DNA of 64,000 nt from Stylophora pistillata (taxonomy: Eukaryota). The position numbers and the translations under genes were made by a program. The DNA lies in the NCBI RefSeq assembly GCF_002571385.2, contig NW_019217831.1, positions 203,172 to 267,171 of the forward strand. The letters run 5' to 3'. The notes beneath the pieces are model-generated. The model searched no databases. It was not told where the DNA came from and was given only the letters and a program-made list of their open reading frames with translations. Of this stretch, positions 1-32,491 are shown one piece after another (the first letter of the stretch is position 1; each line of letters opens with the position of its first letter).

Positions 1-220
1 GGGAGTTTAGACACTAGTGTCCTATTTAGACACAAGTGTCTAAAATGCAATGTTAGACCATAATGTCTGATTTTTAGACACCAGTGTGAGTTAGATCTAA
101 CTATGTTTTGTCGTGCCTTTGGTTTTTTAGAGAAATATAATGTTAGACCATAGTGTCTGATTTCTAGACACTAGTGTGGGTTAGATCTAGCCATGTTTTG
201 TCGTGCCTTTGGTTTTGTAG

Positions 221-230
<10 letters not shown>
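1..230. repeat. Tandem duplication (2 x 90 bp) built from palindromic AGACACTAGTGT-like subunits, overlapping a CPS acceptor
   Basis: 51-140 and 141-230 align without gaps. Confidence 0.85.
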
Positions 231-20798
<20,568 letters not shown>

Positions 20799-20985
20799 AA
20801 CAGAGGTCAGGCAACTCATCAGATCTTCCCCTACCCCCAAGAAAGTTTACTAAAGATTAAAGGCTCACTCCTGTGGACTTAATATAATTTGTGCGAGAAA
20901 AAGTACCAAAAATGGTATAATTCAATAACAGTGTGTTCAGACAGATATTTGTGTAGGTTGTAAACTAGTATATATTTAAGGGAAA

Positions 20986-20991
20986 AATAAA
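20986..20991 (+). terminator. Candidate polyadenylation signal of CPS
   Basis: AATAAA about 190 nt after the stop codon, followed by a GT-rich tract near 21010. Confidence 0.5.
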
Positions 20992-21199
20992 CGAGGCATA
21001 CATAATTTAGTGTTTTTTGCGTATGATAGATTTTACTTTACGGTTTGTTGCTTGCGCAGCACTTTGAGATTTTCTTTAGTCAACATCGTGCAAAATACGG
21101 AACAAGCAGACTATTACTAAAAGCATAGTGGACTATGTGAATTTACAATACAAGCAATTTGAAGTTAATTATCGAAATAAATTCGAAAGTGCAGTGGTT

Positions 21200-21410
21200 T
21201 TCTCTCTTTTGCTCTTTTGTTTTTTTTTTCGTTCTGTGATTGGTCGAGCAAACTCACCTCATCTCTTCAACCAATCGAATGCAAAAACAAAACTAATCCC
21301 GATGTGGTCACACGCGTTTTCCCGCGCTTCCAGCAATTGCGTCCTCATTGGCTGCTTCTGATATATTCCTTTGTTCCGATTGGCCAATTTGATTCATATT
21401 GGTAATAGTT
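21200..21410 (+). repeat. Same dispersed repeat family
   Basis: CAACCAATCGAATGCAAAAAC...TGGTCACACGCGTTTTCCCGCGCTTCC...CTCATTGGCT. Confidence 0.65.
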
Positions 21411-22571
21411 TAAATCGTGTGCTTTGATGAAATGAAGACATGAGCGCTTCATTTGGTTGAGATAACCAACGCGTTTTACATTCACTTGATGAATGGTCAA
21501 AATAAGATAAATTGATAACCAAAATAGAGCCATGACGATGCAACTGTTTTACGACGAACATCAGCTCATATGCACTGGGGAGCGTGATCCGATTTTACCA
21601 TCGCGGTTGACTCAACAGAAATATGATACTTTTCGCGTGAAAAGGTTCTAAAATTAAAAAAGGGTTGGCTTAAGGAATCAATGGAGCTAGAGCTAGGTTC
21701 CCGTCGATGGGCTCCTGAGGAAACTCAATTTTAAAGTACTTACGATCTGTGCTACTAGCAGGTTAAGGGTTGTGCAGATAATGCTCTTGAAATTTTCCTT
21801 AAAGCTTGTCTGGGAATGAAGTGAGGTTATGATGAAATTGAAATTCTGCAAGAGTTATTTCTAACGGTAAGATGTTTATCTAAATTCCAGTTGCTACACC
21901 TTTTTTCATCAAATAATTATGAAAAGCAGTGAAAAATTTTACAAATCGGAATGTATCCAGAGTATTCAAGCTTTATGAAACTAAAATAATCCAAAAACCT
22001 GAATACCACTTGACGATTAACTTTGCCAACGGAATTAAGCTACGCACGATAGATCTACTGCTATTCTTAGACCTTATCGCAGATTAAGTACATGTTTTGG
22101 ATTATCTTGGCTTTTTTTTTTTTTCCTATAATCGGTTCTACATAAGCTTCTTGGCCTCCGTACTCACCGGAAGGTTTTAGGATGATCTCTAAATGTAATC
22201 CCGTTATCGCACTGGTGTAATGTACTTCTGGAGCTTTGATTACAAATCAAGCAACTAGAAAATCTCTACCCCACTCCCCCCGCCCCAACCATCCTACCCC
22301 CCCCCCAATTACACGCCAGCCTGCAAAAAAAACTCGTTGCAAGTTCTGCCTAGCCGTTTGTCAGTTGCCGTAAAGTGTATTCTTCTGACTTTCTTAACCA
22401 CAGTCTTAACCACAATCTTTCTTAACCACAATGTTGCGCCTAAACACAGCTGATTATCAGTCTCGAGGTGACTCACTGTTCCCTGCGCCTACAGCCTGTG
22501 TTCTGTATGGCTATACACTTCCTCCCTTTTCCTGCTTCCATTTTTCCCCCTCCCGCTTCACACGTAGTGAA

Positions 22572-22706
22572 GGATCAATTTTAGTGTCTGAGCAACTGCG
22601 TACCTACCCCTCCCCTAACGCAACATTAACCCAAACTTATTATTATTTAACTATTGTTGGGCTAGGGGAGGGGTGGGTGCGCAGTTGCTCGAAAACTGAC
22701 ATTCCC
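22572..22706. mobile_element. Short palindromic MITE
   Basis: GAGCAACTGCGTACCTACCCCTCCCCTA / TAGGGGAGGGGTGGGTGCGCAGTTGCTC arms. Confidence 0.7.
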
Positions 22707-25700
22707 TTTCACTACATCTGGGGCGGGAGGTGGGAGAATGGAACTGGGACATTGGAACTCGAAAACGACGTATTAGGGCAAGCTGCATGAATAATGCCTT
22801 CGTTGTTTCGTTTCCAAATGGCATCAGTTTTGCTGAAGAGAGGAAATATATCTTTATCTGAGGGATTTTGCTGGTAATCATATTTAGATGATCAGGTCTT
22901 GATTCGTGTGATAAGGATATACTCCTCAGGGATAACTTCATAACTTCAAAGCTCAAATTGCCTCACTGGGACAATGAGTGCGGGTTATAGCCACGAATTT
23001 TGTTCATATCTTTCTTGCAAAGGAGGCGTAATTTTTGTTTCCGTTTCTCAAACTCGCGGACTCCAACGCGAGGCGAGCGCACGGAAAGCGCGAGGCGAGC
23101 GCAAAAGAGCAAAAGTTTGCTCTGCGTTGCCTCTTTTTTCGGCATCCATACGATTTACACAGCGGATAATAATAATAATAATGGTAACAATGCTAATATA
23201 ATGATGATTACAATAAAGATGATGATGAAAAAAATTGTTATTTCAATGTGCTTTTTTTGTGTGCAATTTTTATTAAAATGTTTTAATGCGCATTACAGAT
23301 CTGAAAATCAAGGAAAATTTACAACTTACAACAACAAAGAGCGATCATTGGAAGTATCCCCTGAGTGAGGGGATGCGGGTTCAACTGATACGTTTACCTT
23401 CTTTTGTTTAAAACGAATCAGAAAAAAAAGCGTCGATGGAGGTTATTTTTTTGAAGCATAAATCCTATGGTTCGTTGAAAGGTTGTGTGTGTATTGCTTC
23501 ATCTCATCGGGCCTTTTTAAGGAGGACCAAATTAACAAATTGGAATTAGGGATTTGCGTGCTGAGAAGAAAAACACAGGCTTTCGATTGTAAAGACTTTG
23601 CCAATAAAGTAATTCCATGATCTTGTTTCCACAAAATATTTGGTTAAGCCGACTCGTCTATAAACAAAGAACCATCCTACACGTACCACCCATTTTCAAC
23701 TTCCACCAGTTATCAATCTTCATACTCTACCCACAAAGTCATTGTGTTGTTTAGAAGACAGGTATGGAGAACATCGCATACCGGGGAACATATATTGTAG
23801 GTGTCGTTTCGGTGACCGCATTCACGATTTTTTTCTGTCGTTCTTGTCGTAGACAATTCAATTATACCGGGGCTAAACCCCATCAAGAGCAAAATCAATT
23901 GAAATTTTAACCAATGCGGACACAAAGGGTGTATTAGATTATTTCCGCCGCAAAGGTATATTAAAAGGAGGATGTGTTTTCTTTTGACATCTGAAGTGAT
24001 TTTTTTATGAGGGTATTAGCATTTTGAAGCAAACCACGCTGTCATCGCATCCGTTTTAAACAAAGGCCAAGTCCCTCGCGGTCACTTGTGACGTCATGGT
24101 TTCCTGGCACGGCTCCGGTTTGCGGATTCTTGTAATACTTCAAAATAAGTTTTTGGGTTCGCACTCATAATGAGTTTTTATCAGTTTCGTAAAACCGCAT
24201 TAACCAAAACATCTGGTCGTCATTTCTTGTTTTGTACTAATAGCGCAACCTAGATTTTATCAGGAATTGTCTTCTTTCCAAGAGACACAAGTTAGTCACA
24301 GTTTTTATCCGGATGTCGAAACTCAACCTAATTAAACTTAAAAATCCTTCGCAAATTTTGCATATTTATCTTTTAAATCCCTTCTAGGGTTTCTCCTCCA
24401 GTCATCGTAAAGCCATGCCCTTAATCAAATCAATGACAGGCAACGGATTTATGAAAGGAACGGCAAGTCGCGGCTGGCCCTAAGTTTAATTTGGTCGCTT
24501 GGCTGCATCAAAACAATAACTTCGTTTTCGAATTCAATCTCACGGCGAAATGTGTCATTGCAAACAAAGACGCCCTAAGTACACTGTTCTTTTGTTTGAA
24601 TATAGCTTCCTGTAACTTAGAGAATATTCGTCTCGGTGTGAAAGAAAACTTTGCATCGCAACTAAGGATAGAGAGAAACCTTGGAGATTTAAACTCCATC
24701 GCAAACGAGTCTTACAAGCTGGAAATTGTAACCTACAAGGAGTTTGTGTGGTAAGCCATCACAATTTATTCATAAACTTAGACAGTTTAAAAATAGTGAA
24801 GTATTTATATTCACATAACATAAATGTATTACTCACAATTGGAAACGTTTTACAATCGTAATCGCAGCTATCTCCCTCCATGCCAAACGATTAATTTATG
24901 TACAAAGATACAAATTTCATAAGCACAGCGAATTTTCCAGGTTTAAAGTTGGAAGGAAAAAGTTCAGTGATATAATATCAGCCAAACAATTTCCTTGCGC
25001 TTTGCGTGAAAAAAGTTTTGCCTTATAACCGGCTATGTGAGATTTACTCGATCAAAATTTCGATGAAAAAAATTTTGTTTTAGATGGTTAAAGAAACACG
25101 AGTATGAGAGAAATTTTGGTAGGCTTCTTTGTGGTTTAAGTAAGAATTTAAAAAGTTCGACGTGCGTGACTTCAGCTATAATTTGTTCAGTGTAACAAGG
25201 CGTGTGACTCTCTAGACAATGACTGACTACAGGTCAAAAAATGACTTGAGGGCAAATCGGATGATTCTTTTAGCTTTATGTATTTTTATCCCCGCAAAGT
25301 AGTTTAAGCGCTTAATGGAAGATCGATCAATAACGTGATGTTCCAAGTGGCAGATATATTTAATTTGTGTGCATGGTCGAGTTTGTAAATTAAAGACAAA
25401 GTAATGTGTAAAAAGAACATTGTGATCGAAACAGGTGGAAAGAGTCTCTGAAGCTGTTTTCATCCTTTTTCCTATATTTCATTCCTAGCAGCAGAGTCCG
25501 CCCGTTGTTGGATTACGATCTTTGTAACAACGCGTTTTAATTTAATACCTCTCCTACATGCCTGGCAAAGTAGCTTTGCTTCTGTATCCATGGCTTGTCG
25601 TTAAACTTTTAAGCTTTTGCTAGATGAGAGAAATTTCCAAACGACATTGAAAAAAAAATTAGCGCTCTAAAAATCCTACTAAATGACAAAAAACTAAAGG

Positions 25701-26050
25701 AAAAGGACAGCGAACTTCAATTTCAAGCCGTTAAAAACTCGCGCGCAGTTTGTTGTATTCAAAACAACCATATTTCATTAAGCTTTCTTTCTTTTCGTTT
25801 ACATCTCCTAAGGGGACCACGTGTAGAGATATAGATAAGGTATAAACAAATGCAAATTATAAATCACTTTTTGGATGTTTTTCCGTGGGTAATAACAATA
25901 GACGTCTAATAGTCTTTCCGTGAGAAATTGAATTAATTTGACTATTGAAAATCGATTCTATTTTTGTGGGTTTCTAATGAAACATTTGCGGTAAAATGAT
26001 TGGGTATTCCCTGCTTGGAAAAATAAAAAGAACACCTCGTCCATCTGGAC

Positions 26051-26256
26051 TTCAACCATTGCACTATCAGTTTTTAAGATATCGATGCTCCACACATATT
26101 TGCCATACATTTCTTACAATTCAAGTTCAGAGAATTTGGTTTGAATCATACGATATCCCTTGGCTGATAATTTTGTTTCTTCAGTTCTGATGACTTGAAA
26201 ACGTATTAATGATTTAAGGAGAAAAGCGTTTTTGGTCAGCCCAGAGGGTCAAAAAA
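26051..26256 (+). mobile_element. TTAA-type MITE, heavily decayed
   Basis: CATACATTTCTTAC...GAGAATTTGGTT...TAAGGAGAAAA...TGGTCA layout as in other copies. Confidence 0.45.
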
Positions 26257-26489
26257 CCAAAAGAGGAATTCACTCAAAATTGGATGAAAGACTAGCGTTT
26301 GTGTAACTATAAATCCAAACGAAAAGCTCTTTAGGGATTGGTAACTTAAAACTTGCGAAATATATAAAAAAAAGTATAACTGGGGAGTAAAGGACAGTCG
26401 TATGAGAAACGCATAGAGGTTACCATTAATCATAGCGAAGAAAAGTGTTACTTTTGCGACCGCGAGTAAATAGTTTTCCATAATCATTC

Positions 26490-26700
26490 GTTAGTCTTGT
26501 ACCCAAGATCGTTCTTTGAGATCAGTTGTGGGAGGCTTGGGCCCTAGGCTCGGCGTGGGACCTCATTTGAAACCGCGCCGTACCGGTCTCTTCCATGGGG
26601 TGGAGGAGCGCGGAGTTTAAGTGAGGCTCGAATACCGGTTAACAGTTAAGGGTCCCTCCAACTGATCGTCAAAATCGTGAGTATGCGGACGATTAAATAA
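26490..26700. repeat. GC-rich imperfect fold-back element
   Basis: Nested pairs GATCAGTTG/CAACTGATC, CCTCATTTGAAACCGCGC/GCGCGGAGTTTAAGTGAGG and CTCTTCCA/TGGAGGAG. Confidence 0.6.
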
Positions 26701-29262
26701 TTGTCAGATATCAAGCAAAGGTAACTAGGATGGATGGTTCTGTTTTAATCTCAAAAAGCAATGTCTTGTAACGTCTTCCCATTATCATGATAGCTTTAAA
26801 CTTATCGTGATTCCTTCTCGAGCTCATTTCATTTTCCTCGCACCATTCGTCAATTTTACCGAGTGAAATCATTCAATAACACCAACCTTATGTTCAAATA
26901 AACAAACTTTCACTTAACAACAAAAAACATTACGACGTGAATCTATGTAAATCTATTTTAAGATAACGTTTTATACGTAGCTGCTGGCTTATAAAAATTA
27001 AATTAAAAAACTAACTTTGTCGTAATCCACCGTAAGGGGTCATGTCGTGGATACATTTCTCACTTACCCTATTGACATAAATTAAGTGGCTAGAATCTTC
27101 TTCCTTGAAAGCAGCCTGCATTCTTCGCCTTAAAAATGAGGCGAATTTTAAATTCATTAGTCGTTTGTTAAATCTGAAAGTTATCCACAACTTTGTTGCC
27201 TTCGACATACAGACTTGAGATAGAACAGTTGTCTTTTTTAAAGCTTTTGGAAAGATAATTTGTGATAAAGATAATAGGATGGACTCTTAAAGACGGGAAA
27301 ACGTGGAAGCAGTCAGGTAAAGTTTGATGAACTACGTGCAACCATCTCCTGAGGATTTTGAGTTATTTAAAATTATCCGATTATGGTCTTGACAACAAGA
27401 CTTAGCGAAGATCATAATAACACAACAATAATTCACCATAGACAATTCCATTGCTATCTTATTTATTTTGTTTAAATTCAAGTGTTTTTTGTTTCTTTCT
27501 CGTCTTGTGATGTTATAAAGACCTTACGAAAAACGAATTGAACTGTGCAGTGACACAACATTTGCGTAAAAGCTCGCGCGGATTAGCAACCTTTAAAAGT
27601 ATGTTTCAGCAAGCACTTATTATCAGTTCTAAAGCTTGTCACATAAGACTAGCGCATAGCTTAGCTTTGACAGGTCTCAAATAGGTTCTGTGCATATATA
27701 GCTTAGTCGGTGCAGTATCTGATCATTAAATCGTACTTTTCTCGTATGTTTGTTAAAACTTACAAATTTGAAATCGACACCTCAGTAAACAATGATAAAC
27801 GTGACATGCTCTCACAAGTACAAGGGCGGATACAGGGATTGATGAAAAAAGAGGTCTAGAAAAATACGTACAGAAATTTTTATTAACTCTGGAGCCTAAA
27901 TAAGCTGAGAAATATTTCATGACAAGTATCTTTTAAATACTTCATGCTGAGTAGAAAAATGCCATCCTATCTTTGCAAGAATTTTGGTGTCACACAGATT
28001 TCGAAAGTGTTCCGGTTAACAGAGATCGTTCACTTGTGGACGCGGACGAGAGGTCAAACCGCACAGAAACGTACGTAAAGAGGGAACTTTTACGAACGTA
28101 TATATATAGACTCGGAAGCATAAATAAGACCTCACATTTCTCTTCAAACCAGGTCTGTGGAAAGTTTACGACAGAAAATATGAGTCCAAACTAGACGTTA
28201 AAATCGGCACGTCTACAAAAACAAATTCGTACAAAACTATCAGACATATTATGCATTGTCTGCGCCAATGATTTGAGTAAATTTCGATTATCAACCGTTA
28301 TAGTTGAGGATTCTTGGTCAAAAAAAGAAACCATTTACTTTGTCTTTACGTCATCCTTTTGTTGGATTTTCCCATACCATATTCCTTGATATACTGTGAA
28401 TCAACACTTTATCTTGTGTTCTGTAGCTTTTCCATTACTTTTTCCATATGGAATCTGAACTATAAATTCGGCATGATTTTGGCCTCCAGACAGAAAAAAA
28501 TTGTCTTTACACATTGAATAAGCTAAAAGTTTAATCCATCCGTTTTAGGACTAATTTTATCATGTTTTTGACGATCTGCTTGAATTGTTTATGCTCTCAG
28601 TCTTTCACGTAATCTTTCTCAGTGTTTGCATTGGCTCGCGCAACGGATTAGGATAGTCTTTGGAACTTGGTAAACAAAAAAAGCTCCCAAATGCTTTAAG
28701 ATCAAAGTAATCCGTTGATTGTTAGACGATGAAATGCAGGAACAATCAAGCACCAAGTTACTTTGTTTTGATTTTCAGTAAGGAAATTAAAAACCCGCAA
28801 TTATTATAATACAAGGATTGCCAAGAACCTAAACTTCCCGTAGTGGCGCACAGCCTTGGCACAAAAATCGTTGTGATTTAGTGCGCGATAAAGGGCCATT
28901 AGTGCGGAACTCCTTCCCACTTGAAATGTGGAGTCAGTTCAAACATGGTAACTTTTAAACACAGCTTGAGGAATCATCTTCTAGAAGCGGTTGTCTTAGT
29001 AGACAAATGCTACATCTCTCTCAGCATTTGACATCTTGTTTATGATAGTTTCTACGTATGGAATCTTTTTAAATCATTGATGTAATTTGGCCGCGGAAGA
29101 TCCCCACTGGGTACCCTAATAAAAAAAATTGTATTCTAATCCCTCAATTTAAAAAGCTCTGTGCCAAGATTGTCCAGTTATCAATTGAATTTAAATTTTA
29201 GGAGGATTTGTTTTTATCCATCTTCAGAGAGTTTGCAGGAGGTAAAATCAGATGCTTAAGGC

Positions 29263-29532
29263 TTCAGATCACGTATATGGTTTGGTTTTATCAACTGCGT
29301 TGATAATGTAGATTGATCACCATGAAGTTTAAAAGTTGACGTTTCGAGCGTTAGCCCTTTGTCAGAGCGAAGGACGAAGGACTAACGCTCGAAACGTCAG
29401 TTTAAAAATCCTTACGGTGACCGATTTACTTTAGCAACTCAGCTGATAAAACCAATTTGCCTTGTTACCCCCACCGAAGCAGCACCACAGTTTCTTTAGA
29501 AACAGTCCCCCTTTATTCAGATCACGTATATG
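29263..29532 (+). mobile_element. Penelope-derived fold-back element with a 17-bp target-site duplication
   Basis: TTCAGATCACGTATATG at 29263-29279 and 29516-29532; same arm and tail motifs as the 6914 copy. Confidence 0.8.
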
Positions 29533-29597
29533 CTTACTTAAAACTCATTCCCGGCCAAACGTTTGAAATGTCCAAATTATCTAAAAGCGAGGACTGA

Positions 29598-30025
29598 GAT
29601 AGACGATAGATAGTTTTATTTATACACGGTAAAATCCTTCAGCACAATCTAAGAGTATAAATATCCAATTCTGCCCAGCTGATGGGCTGAAAATTATTAC
29701 AGTATTAGAAGAACAAAACCTATTATATCATTAAAGCTGCTGTTTTAGGATGCCCTGTCTCATTCAAAAGCTATAATGACGCATGTTACTTTTAAGTCGC
29801 TCAAAGAAACTGTCGATCGGAGTTGATGGGCAAGGCTGTTTCACAACAGCACCCCCCTTATAAGAAAAAAACTTCTCTTCAAATAGTTGGTGCGAGGTTG
29901 TGGAACAGCCAATTTATTCCCAGAATTCCTCAGTCGATACGAAGCAATATCATTTCAGGATACAAATCGAGATTGTATATATTCAAGGGTCAATCCATAT
30001 GAAAATTTGAGTATCATAACAGAGG
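29598..30025 (-). mobile_element. Decayed 3' fragment of a related L2/Crack-type LINE
   Basis: The minus strand reads EYIQSRFVS*NDIASYRLRNSGNKLAVPQPRTNYLKRSF, aligning with EYLQSLF...RNSEGRLALSKPNTNYLKRSY of the intact copy. It ends CCGTGTATAAATAAAA plus a (CTAT)-like tail. Confidence 0.8.
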
Positions 30026-32093
30026 TGGATACTAGGTAGTCTTTTTGATGACTAAGTTTACGTTTCGTTCGAGTGCCTGGAACCGCTCGTTAATATCGCA
30101 ATTGGACTAATGAAATTCCTTCTCTTGATTGCAAAAACTTTGAAACCATCAGCTGTGAACAAGTGAACCTAATGGCATTATGGGTAACCATGTATGATAA
30201 CCACGGTGAGCCCTTTCCGAGTTGTAAACGACCTCACTTTCAAAATGAGGCTAAGAGTAAAACTGTTATTTAACGTTTTGTCGGCTGCATGACGGTGAAA
30301 ATTCAGCTCCACGTTTAAGCCTCGCTTTTGGCCTCTTTTTAAAATTGAGGCTTTGGGCTTCTCGGAAATGAACTGTTCTCGACGGAGGAAAAATACCATA
30401 AAAGCGATTTGCCAAGAATAATCAGAAAGCAAATCACCGATCATAAATGTGTGAACAATGTCCATAAATCCGACAAATCCCATCATTCGTGGCGCTTGCT
30501 TTTTCAGGTGTCAAGGGATTTGGTAATCTTCTGCGCAGTCGTTCTTTAAAATGTCACACAACGCTCCAACGTGACATCTCAGAGTCACGATAGTCACGAA
30601 AAAACAACACTTTTGTATTCGAATGTGTGCGTGTGAGAAGTGCTTAAGTATAAAATGTAAATCAACTAGATGAAATTAACACTTGCAACATGTCAGTAGC
30701 TTGTTATCAAAGTGCGTCAACTGGAGGTTGAAGTGTCACGAGACAGAGCACGCGAGGAGACGCGCGTGTCGTTTCTCTGCGCGCGTCCCTCCTCCCACTC
30801 ACCGCCAACTTAGGCCCCGACCACACTGATGCGATTTTTTTTTCTTTTACTTTTTATCACGGACTTTTATCAAAAGTCACAGAGATATAGAGCATTGAGC
30901 TAGTAAGGAGAGCCAGCTTGGAGGGGGTAAAATAAACATTGGCATGGATTGGGGGGCCCCCTATATTTAAAATTGTTCTATGCGTCGGGAGATCTTGGAG
31001 CATGACTAAGTATAAACATGTGGAGCACCATCCGTTTTGGCTAACCAGAAGTTCGATACTTGAAACGTTTTGCGGATTATTTGAAATTTCAGCTTCCACC
31101 CACGTTGTTTAAACAACACTTCATTCCGGAAGTTTGGAGTCTTGTTGTAATTGTAAACCCTTGAAAACTGGATCATCCGCCGATGAAACCCACGCAAAAC
31201 ATGTGCACGTGCTATCTAAAATGTTTCCTCAAGGTGTCGGATATCTTATGCTTTGGAAAACAGAAGAGGTAAATTTTTTTATATCTTTACTCGGAACTGA
31301 CCTTTACTTCGCGTTGGAACCCCTCAAACGGAAAGATTTCTCTGTAACCCCATACATAGTTAATGCCCCATACTACTCTGAAACAAAGCCGTGGTCCAAA
31401 ATGCAATCTATTTCTTTAGCCATTGTTTTCTTTAGCATAAAGAAAGAAGTATAGGACTGCAGGAATCTTGCTCCCCAGACTGTTACTTATCCAAAGGATT
31501 TAAAGGTTCTTTCCACAGAAAGATCGGTCGTTTTATTCGTGTTAAAACGTCGAAAAAAAAAAAAAAAAAAACGCAGCAAGAAGACACAACGAACTGAAAA
31601 TTATATAAATCTTCCAGTTATTTAAAGAAGGTTTTGAACTTAAATGATAGTATTTATCTTTGAATTGTAAAATGTTTATTGTAATTAGAGGACAAAGAAG
31701 GTCAAAGTGAGAATTGCTGTGGAATTTTTCCCTCTGTGAGTAAGCACAACGCCAAGTTTAATGATTTTTCAAACGATAAAGGATTTCTCCGAAATAAACC
31801 CCAAAAAAGGTAATGACGTTTTACACAGCCAAAATCATCGTTCACCTTATAGCTTCTTCGCGCACAATAAAGAGCTTAGAGTTATACATAACGTCCAAAA
31901 AGGCCTCTTGAGACTCAAAAGGACGTGAATCCTTTTATCTGACCACAACTAGCGTTCTCTCACGTACAGCAAACGCCTACACACCTGAAACAAAAGGTAG
32001 TCAGACTCGGGGGAAATTTGAAAGCCGACCTTTCTGATTTGGGTACTATGAGGTTTGCTCGTCACATGTGCTGACCGACAAGTTCTGAGAGGC

Positions 32094-32491
32094 TCATTTG
32101 ATAGAATAAAGGCTGATAGTTTCTAAAGAAACTGTTTGAGGCTGCGTCGGTGGGGGTAACGAAATAATTTGAATATATCAACAAAGTTGAAATGGTAAAT
32201 TGGCCACCGTTACATAAATAACATAACATTTATTCAGGAAGCTAGAACGCAAATGTAAAAAATACATCCTGAAAAGGGAAAATCGTGAGGTTAGCCCTGT
32301 ATAAAAACAATTTCTCGTACTAAAAACATACAAAAGATAAAATTTAAAGGCTACAGATTCAATAGCCCTTAATTTCGTCATTCGCTCCGACGAAGGGCTA
32401 ACGCTCGAAACGTCAGCTTTTATAATCGTAACGGTGGCTAATTTACCATTTCAACTTTGTTGATATATTCAAATTATTTCATTTGATAGAA
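32094..32491 (-). mobile_element. Penelope-derived fold-back element with a 13-bp TSD and about 170 bp of unrelated internal sequence
   Basis: TCATTTGATAGAA at 32094-32106 and 32479-32491; arms nearly identical to the 6914 copy. Confidence 0.8.

Noticed and set aside
22392-22432. Three TAACCACA (Runx-like) sites
   Set aside because: Explained by local slippage of a 12-16 bp unit, with no other support.
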